Positions 28,973 through 39,900 of a DNA stretch of 64,000 nucleotides are shown piece by piece (the first letter of the stretch is position 1; each line of letters begins with the position of its first letter). The position numbers and the translations under genes were made by a program. This DNA comes from an uncultured Neisseriaceae bacterium (GTDB taxonomy: Bacteria; Pseudomonadota; Gammaproteobacteria; Burkholderiales; UBA11063): NCBI GenBank assembly GCA_937872505.1, contig CALMTA010000137.1, forward strand, positions 132-64,131, in the 5' to 3' direction. The notes under the pieces are model-generated. The model searched no databases. It was given only the letters and a program-made list of their open reading frames with translations, and was not told the origin of the DNA.

Positions 28973-30112
28973 ATGAACAATGCACAATTAACCATTAAAC
29001 TAATTAACGTTTCCGATAAAAATAATAATAAGTATTATGATATGATAAATAATGGAAACGGTACATTCACAGTAAAGTTTGGAAGAGTTGGTGCATCTCC
29101 TATGACTAAAAATTATCCTATTAATAGATGGGATACTATTTATAGAGAAAAAATAAATAAAAATTATAAAGATATAACTAGTAATTTTAAAGCTTCCAAT
29201 TCTGAATTTTTATTTAAAAGCGATGATATTAAAGAATTTTATAATATTTTTTCCAAAAATGTAAATAATGTTGTATCAACTAATTATTTAGTAGATAATG
29301 TAAACAAAACTGTTATTGATGAATGCAAAAAATTGATAAAAGATTTATCTTATCATAATATAAATCTTAGTAATGAAGTGTTATTAGAAATATTTAAACT
29401 TATTCCTCGAAAAATGAATAATGTTAATAATTTCTTAGTAAAAGATTTAAAAGACATAAATCTTATTGTTGAAAGAGAAACTGATTTATTAGATACTTTA
29501 TCGAGTAAAATGAATTTACAAATAACTGAAAGTATAGATTTTTGTGATTTTTTCAACATAGAAATGAATATTGTTAATAATGATGAAGTTAATAAATTTT
29601 TAAATAGTACTAATAATACTAGTTCTAAAATTTATAAATTATTTTCTTTTAAGCATAAAGTAACAGAAAATAACTTTGATAATTGGGTAAAAGACCAAGA
29701 AAACAAGACTACTAAGTTATTAATTCACGGAACTAAAAATGGTAATATATTTAATATTTTTAAAACAGGATTGTTAATAAGACCCTCTACAGCTGTGTCA
29801 TTTGCTGGAAGTGCTTATGGAGATGGTATTTATCACAGTTTTCACACCAGTAAATCTTTAGGTTATGCTGATTATTCTAATAATAAATTGTTATTAATTC
29901 AAGATGTTCACTTAGGAAATTATTATACTTATAAAGGATGGTTTAGAGAAAGTAAAGATTTATCAAGAAATGAATTAAACTATAATAGTTTAAAGAATAA
30001 AGGTTATGATAGCTTATATGTAGAAGCAGGAGATGGATTACTCAATTCAGAATATATTGTTTATAACGCACAACAAACAACAACAAAGTACTTAGCATGG
30101 TTACAAAGTTAG
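28973..30112 (+). CDS. WGR-domain PARP-like ADP-ribosyltransferase
   Basis: NNNKYY...FGRVG (WGR); LIPRK (regulatory-domain-like); LLIHGT, YGDGIY, KSLGY, NSEYIVY (H-Y-E triad). Confidence 0.88.
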   Translation: MNNAQLTIKLINVSDKNNNKYYDMINNGNGTFTVKFGRVGASPMTKNYPINRWDTIYREKINKNYKDITSNFKASNSEFLFKSDDIKEFYNIFSKNVNNVVSTNYLVDNVNKTVIDECKKLIKDLSYHNINLSNEVLLEIFKLIPRKMNNVNNFLVKDLKDINLIVERETDLLDTLSSKMNLQITESIDFCDFFNIEMNIVNNDEVNKFLNSTNNTSSKIYKLFSFKHKVTENNFDNWVKDQENKTTKLLIHGTKNGNIFNIFKTGLLIRPSTAVSFAGSAYGDGIYHSFHTSKSLGYADYSNNKLLLIQDVHLGNYYTYKGWFRESKDLSRNELNYNSLKNKGYDSLYVEAGDGLLNSEYIVYNAQQTTTKYLAWLQS

Positions 30113-30534
30113 TGAATTTAGATAAAGCTGTATTAGATAGCTTTATAGACATTTGTTTAAAAAATTATTTGACAGTAAAAGATTCTTTTACAACCTTAGA
30201 TTTTAAGAATTATTTTAGAGAAAATAATAGATTTATAAATATTAGTCAAGATAATATTAGTCAATTTTTAATGAGAAATCATAAAAATTATGATTTATTT
30301 TTTACTGATAATGGGACTTATAGAACTTATTATGTTCAAAAAGAACCTTTATATTTTTCAAAAAGTAAAGGAACTATTAAAATTTCTAGTATGGAAAGTA
30401 CTCATCTTATGAGAGCAATAGCTAAAGAAGTGAGTAATACAGATAAATCAGATTTATTTTTAATGTTAAAATCAAGAGATTTACCTTTATTTGAATTATT
30501 AAAAGAATATATATCCAGAAATGATAGTAAATAG
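30097..30534 (+). CDS. hypothetical protein
   Basis: 145-aa ORF. Confidence 0.5.
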   Translation: MVTKLVNLDKAVLDSFIDICLKNYLTVKDSFTTLDFKNYFRENNRFINISQDNISQFLMRNHKNYDLFFTDNGTYRTYYVQKEPLYFSKSKGTIKISSMESTHLMRAIAKEVSNTDKSDLFLMLKSRDLPLFELLKEYISRNDSK

Positions 30535-31264
30535 AGAATTAGCAGAAATTCTTGATTCAAGAATGTATGAAAACAGTAAAGGAGTAGTTTTTAAATCTCC
30601 TAAAGAAATATTACAACCTTTCTTAGATAAAGTATCGCCTTTTGTAGATAATGATAATTATAGAATAAAATATTCAGTAGGCAGCATTAATAGAAATATA
30701 GATGGAACTTCTAATATAGCTTATGATAAATTAATTACAGAATTTGAGCTATCTGTTAATGGTAATGCAGGTGAATATAGTAATATATGTTTAGCTTATG
30801 ACTTAAACAATAAAGTTCCTATTTATAAAGTAGCATCAGGATATACTATTAGAACTTGCTTAAATATGTGTATAGTTTCTGATTATGATTTATTTGTTAC
30901 TGACGACCATACTAAAGCTTCACAAAAGTTAGTAAGTTATATAAATGAATTAAGTTTAAAAGAGCAAGCTTACTTATCTTTTAAAAATCATTTGGAAAAT
31001 CGTAAAATTGATATAAATCAAGTAGAAAAAGTTATAGGAAATTTAATATACAATATAGAAAATAAATATTTGAAAAGTTTTGTTTTAGAGTCTGTAGATG
31101 ACTTAAAAAACTCAAAATCTAATTATTATATAGAAAATAATGAAACTACTTTATGGAATGTTTATAATTGTATTACTCAACAAATATCTAATCAATTTAA
31201 TAAAAAATATATTGATTATCCTTCTTTGACTACAGCTTTGTCAAATAAAATAATGCTTAACTAA
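30521..31264 (+). CDS. DUF932-like protein
   Basis: SGYTIRTCLNM motif and C-terminal TLWNVYNCIT. Confidence 0.5.
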   Translation: MIVNRELAEILDSRMYENSKGVVFKSPKEILQPFLDKVSPFVDNDNYRIKYSVGSINRNIDGTSNIAYDKLITEFELSVNGNAGEYSNICLAYDLNNKVPIYKVASGYTIRTCLNMCIVSDYDLFVTDDHTKASQKLVSYINELSLKEQAYLSFKNHLENRKIDINQVEKVIGNLIYNIENKYLKSFVLESVDDLKNSKSNYYIENNETTLWNVYNCITQQISNQFNKKYIDYPSLTTALSNKIMLN

Positions 31265-31285
31265 TAGTTATTTTTTTATAACAAT

Positions 31286-31323
31286 AGCACGTTACATAGT
31301 TTAATTATTGTGTAACGTGCTTT
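31286..31323 (+). terminator. intrinsic terminator-like hairpin
   Basis: AGCACGTTACATAG / TTGTGTAACGTGCT 14-bp stem (2 GU) followed by T residues, in an intergenic gap. Confidence 0.65.
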
Positions 31324-31346
31324 ATAATTTGGAATTTATATGATAA

Positions 31347-33176
31347 TTGGAAAAATTAAAATTTGGAGTAGGTGGAAATGCTAAACTTGATAAAAATATA
31401 GCTACTTTTAGCTTACTTAGTGGATATAGTTGCCCTGGAGCAGATAAATGTTATACAAAAGTTATTATTGATAACAATGGTAAAAAGAAAATAGAAGATG
31501 GTAAACATCAAGAATTTAGATGTTTTAGTGCTTCACAAGAAGTGTTATATGCAGGAGTCTATAATAATAGAAGTCATAATTATAATATAATATTAAATAT
31601 AGTTAAAGATAAAAGTAAAACTTATAATGAGAAAGTTGAAACTATACATAATTTGTTAAAAATATCTTTACCACAACTCCATAAATGGGATATACTAAGA
31701 CTTCATGTAGGAGGTGATATATTTTGTCTGGAATACTTTGACGCTCTTATACAGCTTGCCAAAGACTATTCTAATAAATTATTTTATGCTTATACTAAGT
31801 CTGTTCATTTATGGGTTAAAAGATTAAATGAAATTCCTGACAATTTTATTTTAACAGCAAGTTATGGTGGAAAATATGATGATTTAATAGATAAGTATAA
31901 CTTAAAATCTGTTAAAGTAGTTATGAGTAATGAAGAAGCTGAAATGTGGAATTTAGAAATAGACCACGATGATAGTCATGCTTATGAAGGTAAAGATAAT
32001 TTTGCACTTTTATTACATGGTTCTCAAAAAAAAGATACTAACGCATCTAAGGCTTTGTCTGCACTTAAAAAAAGTGGTTGGACAGGATATAATCAAAAAT
32101 CAAAAAACATTATGAATAATAGTATGCTTAATTTAACTCAATATGCTTCTTTAAAATATTATCTAATAGAATTAGGATTGGAATTAAATTTAATTAAAGA
32201 TATAAAAAAAATAAATAATCCTAATAAATATATAACTTTTCATCAGGGTGAAGTTATATATTCAGATGTAACAATATTAAACGGAATTACTTTTTTATAT
32301 AATGATTCTGTTTATGATGTATATAGTGTTCTATTGCCAGGAAGTTCTTTGGTTAAATGGATATGTAATTGTGATATTAATATAAAAGATATGTTCACTT
32401 ATAATGATTTTGTTAATATACCTATTAAAGAAGAAATAGCAGATGAGTCAAAAGTCAATGATTATAATTGGTCTTTAATGAAAAATTATTATTTTATTGG
32501 TGGAAGTATGGTGATGTATATTTTTAAAAAATATCTTATTGGAGATAAATTTTATTATGTTCAATATGGCAAATTAGTAGAAATACCTAACAATAATTAT
32601 GATAGAACTGATTTTGATAATTATTGTAATAAACTAGGAATATTACCTAATCCTATTATACAAAAATTATATACAAACTTTATTAGTTATAATGAAGTTA
32701 ATGTATTTCCTGACAATATTGAAGGACGTGATATTTTAAATTATCCTGTTTATAAAGTAGATGAATTAGTTACATATAACGATACTGAGCAGTTAACTAT
32801 TCTTGATATGAACATTAATAGAAAAAAATCAACAGATGAGTTAACTTGGATTTATAGTTTTTATGAATGTAAAGAATGGTATGATGAATCTTTGTTATCA
32901 AAATGTCCTTTTAACAAAAGTAGACCCGATTTAATAAGTCCTTACTTTTTGAGTTCTTTTGGTAAGTTTTTAAATAATAAAAAAAATTTTAATAAAATTA
33001 ATAATGAAGATATTATTAATCAACATTTAATGCAAAATATTATAGCTTACAATCAACAAAGATTATATGGTTTAGACGATAATTTTAAAAATACAGATTT
33101 TTTATTAGAAATTGCACACAATGTTATGTCTTTAGTACACTTTAGAGAAGTTAAAAAAATTAAAGATGGAATTTAA
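31347..33176 (+). CDS. Gp88-like (radical-SAM-related) protein with long unrelated C-terminal extension; TTG start
   Basis: FSLLSGYSCPGADKC, RCFSA, RLHVGGD, FYAYTKS, TASYGG, FALLLHG. Confidence 0.65.
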   Translation: MEKLKFGVGGNAKLDKNIATFSLLSGYSCPGADKCYTKVIIDNNGKKKIEDGKHQEFRCFSASQEVLYAGVYNNRSHNYNIILNIVKDKSKTYNEKVETIHNLLKISLPQLHKWDILRLHVGGDIFCLEYFDALIQLAKDYSNKLFYAYTKSVHLWVKRLNEIPDNFILTASYGGKYDDLIDKYNLKSVKVVMSNEEAEMWNLEIDHDDSHAYEGKDNFALLLHGSQKKDTNASKALSALKKSGWTGYNQKSKNIMNNSMLNLTQYASLKYYLIELGLELNLIKDIKKINNPNKYITFHQGEVIYSDVTILNGITFLYNDSVYDVYSVLLPGSSLVKWICNCDINIKDMFTYNDFVNIPIKEEIADESKVNDYNWSLMKNYYFIGGSMVMYIFKKYLIGDKFYYVQYGKLVEIPNNNYDRTDFDNYCNKLGILPNPIIQKLYTNFISYNEVNVFPDNIEGRDILNYPVYKVDELVTYNDTEQLTILDMNINRKKSTDELTWIYSFYECKEWYDESLLSKCPFNKSRPDLISPYFLSSFGKFLNNKKNFNKINNEDIINQHLMQNIIAYNQQRLYGLDDNFKNTDFLLEIAHNVMSLVHFREVKKIKDGI

Positions 33177-33888
33177 AATATTGTTAGATTCAGTATCTCC
33201 AATTATAAATTCAAGAATAACAACTATTTATTTAAAAATACCTTTTTATTTATTAACAAATTTATTAACAAATTCCTGTAATTATAATTACAGAATTACT
33301 GATACTGTTTATAATCCTTATTCACACACATCAGATAAGTATTGTTATGACAGTGCTTTAGAATTTTTGTCTTTAAATAATAATAATAATTTAAAAAGCT
33401 TATTTAATTATTGTGAAATAATAATGACTTCTGTAAATTGGTTTAAAATATTTGACAATATATTTAATAATGTTGATAATAAAAACTATTTATATACTAA
33501 GGATTTTTTAGCTTTTATAAGTCATTTAGAAAATCAATATGTTGAAAATACAAATATATATAAAAAAACACACAATCAGTATCACGTTCCTTTTAACAAC
33601 AATGACTACTTACCTGCAAAATTACAGGATTACATATATAGAGTTTCTAATTTTGATGTACACGAAAATGCCGCTTCTTCTCAAAAAAATTTAAATAATA
33701 CAATTTTGACAAACACCAAACCTATATTAAACCACATTGCAAAGCATCCTACAGATAAAGAATTATCTTCTGGTATGTTAAATTATCATTGGAATCAGGA
33801 CATTAAATCTTTTACAAAAGGAAAGTACCATAATGTTTTATATGAAAAATGGATACCTTTGTCTTATTTTTTAAAAAATGATATGTAA
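33166..33888 (+). CDS. degenerate ThyX (flavin-dependent thymidylate synthase)-like protein
   Basis: ILLDSVSP..SRITT..L..P N-terminus, YHVPF, RVS, NHIA in ThyX order; HRxxS...SxR signature absent. Confidence 0.5.
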   Translation: MEFKILLDSVSPIINSRITTIYLKIPFYLLTNLLTNSCNYNYRITDTVYNPYSHTSDKYCYDSALEFLSLNNNNNLKSLFNYCEIIMTSVNWFKIFDNIFNNVDNKNYLYTKDFLAFISHLENQYVENTNIYKKTHNQYHVPFNNNDYLPAKLQDYIYRVSNFDVHENAASSQKNLNNTILTNTKPILNHIAKHPTDKELSSGMLNYHWNQDIKSFTKGKYHNVLYEKWIPLSYFLKNDM

Positions 33889-33918
33889 TTAATATTTATT
33901 TATTATAATAAATAACAT

Positions 33919-33927
33919 TAAATTTGC
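33919..33927 (+). promoter_or_regulatory. Bacteroidota-type -7 promoter element TAAATTTGC upstream of the giant RNAP gene
   Basis: TAnnTTTG match in the short intergenic gap, about 30 nt before ATG 33958. Confidence 0.5.
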
Positions 33928-33957
33928 AAATTAATAATAAAAAACCAAACAACATAT

Positions 33958-36900
33958 ATGAAAAATTGTGGAACTAATTATGTTTCTGTAAATATAGAAA
34001 CTATGAGCAATAGTATCTTTGATACTATTCAAAGAAATATTAACAGTAACTTACCCAGAAGTATTTATAGTTTATTAAAAGAAAATTTAAAAAAACAAGT
34101 TTTAACTGATACTACTTTAAATTTAGAATCTGATAATTTAGAATTAATTCGTTATAAATTCTTTTCTACATATCAAAGAATCTATAATGATTATGTTAAT
34201 GATGGTAAAGCTTTAGATGCTTTTTATATTACTTTATACGATTCTATATATAGTTTAGTGTTAGACAAAATTATAGATATAAAAGACTCTTATAGTATTG
34301 CTATGTATGGAGACATTATAAGTAGTATTATAAACAAGTTTTCCCCTTCCCAAAATGAATTATTAAATTTATCTGAAATTAGTGATTTATCAGAAGATAA
34401 CATAGAAACATTGTTAACAGCTTATAAATCTATTAAAAACAACGAAGAAAGTAATGAAGAATTGTCTTTATTAGATGTAACTGATTTAGAAACTTTAAGT
34501 GCTCCTTTTGATACTTCTGAAGGATTAAATGATTTTAAAGATACTACACCTAATATTTTAAGAAAACTATTTTCATTTATACCTAAAATAACTGTTAAAG
34601 ATGGTAATTTTGTATATAGTTATGAGTCAAAAGAAAAATTATTTTCTTTTTACAACTGGAAAGAAATATATTCTACACTTTTATATATATCTAATGAGGT
34701 TTATAAGCCAAATATAAAAAATGGTAAATTTATAGATACTGTTTTACCTAAAGATTTATCATACGAAGATATTATTTTAGAAATTTTCGAAGTCATTAAA
34801 GATAAAAATCATCCTTATTACAATCATTACTTGAGTTATTTGATAGGATATACTTACAGTGAAAAAGATGGTTATACTAAATTATCTATAAAAAATAATG
34901 AAAATAGTTTTGATGAAATTAGTGGATTAATGTTATCATCTATGATGATAGAAGTTAATTTTGATGAAAAAAATGGTAAAAAAATTAAAGTAAATAGCTT
35001 AAATTTCGATAAAGCTACTGAATCTATTAATTATAGTAAAAGTATTGTTAATTTATTTTTAACAACTTTTGGAAGACATATAGCTAATTGGATAAATATT
35101 GTTCAAAACAATACAGATAACGGAGTTGTTACTGAAGTTTATAATACTAATCAAGAAAATTCTTATACAGTTGTTAAAGACTTATTATTATCAGGATTTA
35201 TTAATAGTAAATATACTGTATTAACTGAGATATCTTCTAATTATAATGTTGAATTAGCTAATAAACTATTAAATAATATAAATAATAGATTAGATACTAT
35301 TGCAGCAATATCAGCCGAAAAAGATGGAAAATCTATTTTTGACCTTAAAAAAGAAGAATTAATAAAGCTAACTGATATAATATTAAGAAAAGAATTTAAT
35401 TTTGTTTTACCTGAAGGTATAAGTAAAGAAACAGTTTATTTTGCTCGTTTTAATAATGATAAAACTTTGTCAAATTCTCTTTTGAAAGATATAATAGAAT
35501 TTTTAACTTATATAACTTCTTTAGACGAAAGTAATAGTACTATTATATTAGAAGACACTGATTTATTTATTAATAAAAATAACTTTAAAAGTTTTATTAG
35601 AAAAACATCTAAAGTTATATTACCAAGAGTTAAGCTAGATTTTATAAGTAAAACTAATAAAAAACTCTATTCTGGTATAAATACTAATCACATATATAAA
35701 GTATATAATGAAATTTTAGGATTAAATATTTCTTATTGGACAGAAGAAAAAAAGAATAATTTAATAAAAGTTTTAGAGTCTTTAAAAAATAGTAGTTATA
35801 CAGACTTATTTAATCTTAATATAATTAATAAATTATTAAGTATAAAGAACAGAGGATTTTTTACGGAAGTTTTAAATCAAATGCAAATTGCTATTTTAGA
35901 TACTGTTTCAGACAATAGAACTACTAGTAATTTTGATGAAGAATTAAATACTAAAAGGATAAAAGCTTTAATGACTGCTTATCAATATAATCCTTTTGTT
36001 GGAACTTCAGAAGAAGAAACTAGTACTGAAACTATTAAGTTTATAATAGTACCATTAATACCTAATTCTGTAAGTAGAATAGTTAGAGTACTAAAAACTA
36101 TAAAATTTTTAGAAATAAAGGGTAATATTTTTGGAAGTACTAATTCTTTAATATCTTTTAATAAAGGCAAATTTGTAATAAACGATGAAAGTTACAATAG
36201 TGATTCTTTATTGCCTTTATACAATGAAAGTTTATCAGAACTTACTCAAGCTGCTCGATTTCAAAAAATGATAAATGATGATGAAAATTTATCTACTTTA
36301 AATGATAAAGAAATTCAAAAAGTAATAAATGGTCTAAATTTTGTATTATATCCTTATCTTAATGATATGGATTATATATATGAAGATGTAAGTGAAAATC
36401 ATCCTTTGTATAAAAGAAATGGTTACACCAGAAAGATAAAAGATTCTATTATTGATTATGTTTTAAATATTAGTACTAAAAATAGTAAACTTAAAGTTCT
36501 TTTGCCTATAAGAAAAAGGTCTTTGGAAAATTTTCTTGATACTATAAATCAGAACTATGAATATTTGTCCAACAATGTTATTTTAGATAATAAATCTGAT
36601 TTTTTAACTACTTCTTACAGAAATAAGTTAATAACGGAAGGAAATGCTTATCCTGTTAATTTTGGAATTAATTTAGAAACTAATAAAGAATTTGATGCTT
36701 TTTATATAAACACATTTAATAAAAGTGTAGGAGAAATAGTTAAAGATTATCAAGGTATAATAGATGCAGTAATTAATAATACAGATATACCATTGGATAA
36801 TTTATATTATTTACCTTTATACAGTAAAGGGAGTAAAGTAATATCTACTTTAGACTCTTTATTTGAAAAAAATATTCCTTTAACTTTAGACCACATTGTT

Positions 36901-39900
36901 AAAAGCATAAATATAGTTAATAACATTTTACAAGGTAAGTTATTATTAGAAATTTCAGAAAGAAAAACTAAAGGAAATGGTTCAGAAATAGAAATAGAAG
37001 AATTATTAAATCTTGAAATAGGGTTTTTTGACAATAAAACTATAGGTGTTTATAATAAACATGAGTTTAATGATGGTTTATTTAAACTGTTAAATTTTGA
37101 ATATACTTTAAACTCAAGATTAACTTTATCAGATCACTTTAAAATGATTTATGGTGAAGCTTTAAACTTTGCTATTTTTGATAAAAATAATAACTTAAAA
37201 ATAGAAGAATATATTTATAATCTTTACAAGAGAAATACTTTAGCACGAGCTCCAAATATACCTCATGGGTCTATAACTGATTCAGGAGAATTTACTAATG
37301 GTTATATTGAAGATTTAGTTGCCCCAAGTAATGAGTTGCGTAAAAATATTATAGTAGCAGAAGATTTTACTCCAGAAATATTTAAAGAAGTAAAACCTTT
37401 ATTATTTCCAGATATAACAGAACAAGACTTATTTCCATATAAGCTAAATGAAAAAGCTGTTAAAGATACTTTAAAAGCTTATAAAAAAATACAAAATAAT
37501 GTAGATAACACTAATTTTTTTGTTTTAAATGGAGAATTAAGTGAAATGTTACAAGATATTTTAGAAAAAAGTATTCAAAAAAATATAAAAAGTATAAGTC
37601 CTTATTTAACTTCATCTAAAAGTTATTTAAAAATAGAACATACTGATGGTTATGATATGGTCACTGTTTCTTTCTTTTTAAAAAGAGCATTATCTTATGG
37701 TTATTTGTCCGAAGAATTAGTTAATAGACTTTTGACAAAAATTAATAAGTCTATTAATAATGCAAAAAGAGCTTTACTAAATGAAGACCTTGTTTCTGTA
37801 GATAAATATCTCGACTATACAATAACTAGTAAAGAAGTATCAGAAATTAAACAAAATTTATTAGAAAACTTAGAAAGTAAATATCAAGATATTATGAATA
37901 TATCTATGATAAAAGATATGAGTTTATCTGATTTAAGTATATTAGTATTAAAAGATGTTTTTGTTGGATTTGTAGATAACCCTAATTTAAATATTAGAGA
38001 ACTTATTTTTGATAAAAATGCTTCAAGAGTATTATTGCCTAATACTATAAAAAATTCTAGATTAGATTTAATTAGAAAATCTATGGAACTTCATAGTATA
38101 GACAGATTATCTCATTTTTCAGCTATAAAAACTAATGTGTCTTTAATTAAAAGAGCTCCTGTAAGTTTTTGGAATTCAGATATAAACTCTACTTTAGATT
38201 CTTTAAAGTGGTTTAATCATGAAGGTTCTGAATTGTATGATAAAATAGTAGCTTTAAATAATGGAGAAACTACAGATAATATATCAGTATTAACTTTGCA
38301 CTCTAATGGTTTTGGAGAACAGACTCCACAATCTGATAGCGATAAATCTATTATGTCTTCACAGGTTAAAGCAGTTATATTTATAGACCAATTAAATAAA
38401 ACATATAATCATAGATATATAAATGGAGAATACGTTGTAGCTAAAAACAGCGGCAAAGATTCCTATAATAGATTTCAAGATTTATGGAAAGAACTATATA
38501 GATATAAATATTTAAAATTTATAAAAAGTATAACTGATCCTGATACTGAAATTATTGATAATAATAAATTATTAAAATATATAGTTAAAAACTTAAGTCA
38601 TAGTCAAAATATATCTCAAAATGATTTAAATTCTTTTTTAACTATTAAAGAAATATTTAAAATTAAATTTCCTAATTCTAATAATTTAGTTGATTCTATT
38701 AATAATTTATTAAGTACTTCTAATGTTAATAGTGAAGAATATACAGAATTAATTAATTATTTTAATAAAGAACAAATAACGGAAGAAGATTTAAATAAAT
38801 TTATGCTTCCTTTATTATTTAGTCCTAATTCTTATAAACTTCAATCTATTTTGAATTCTTTAGTCGAAACAAGATTATCGTCTAAAGGGTTTAAAGGTGT
38901 GTTAACTCCTGATATACAGTATGAAAAAGATATAAATTGGGGAGACTTTAAAAATAGTATAGTTTTTACAGACCCAGAAAAATGGAATAATACTCAACCT
39001 TTAAAAGATATGAGATATGTTAATGGTAAAATAGAGCCTGCGCAAATGGTTGTATCTTGGAATTTTAAATCTTATATTCATAAATATGCTGAAATATTTG
39101 AAGAAGATGGATATTATACAAAAAAAGATATATCTAAAGAAGATATAGAAGATGATTATTTAGAAGATGTTTCTTTAAAATCATTTATAAAAAATAATAG
39201 AAATTCAAATGATAAAGAAGTTATAGATATTATAAATAATATTCCTAAAAAAGGTAAAAATGTTTCTATAAGAAAACACAAAGAAAACAATAGCTATATT
39301 GTTACATATATTAGTAGACAAAAGGAATTAATAAATATAGAAGATTACATAAAAGAAGTTGATGGTAAAAAAATATTAGATACTAAAAATATAGACCCTT
39401 TATTATTACGTGGGCTTAGTAATCGTATTCCTGTTCAGTATCAATCTTCTATAACTTATTTTGAAATAGTAGGATTTATAACTGATTTAGAAAGGTCTAT
39501 TATTATAGCTCCGTCAGACTTTATAGTTAGAATGGGCTCTGACTTTGATATAGACACTCTTTATTCTTTAATTTATAATTTTAATTATGATATAAGAAGT
39601 GGTAAAATAAGTATGGTTAAATATCTTAATGACGACAAAGAATTATATACTAATTATATATTTAGACATGTAGGAAATAAATTAACTACACAATATTATA
39701 AAAAAATATACGAAATAATTAAAGAACAGAAACTTAAAGAAATAACAACTAAAATTATATCTAATATAGACAGTTTAATAAGTAAGCAAGATGCTGAAGA
39801 TATACAAGCTATAAATAGTTTTAATACTTTAAAAGATAAAATTATTTTAGCTGAAAATTCTATTAGCACTTCTTCTGTTGATAACACTTTTAAACATTTA

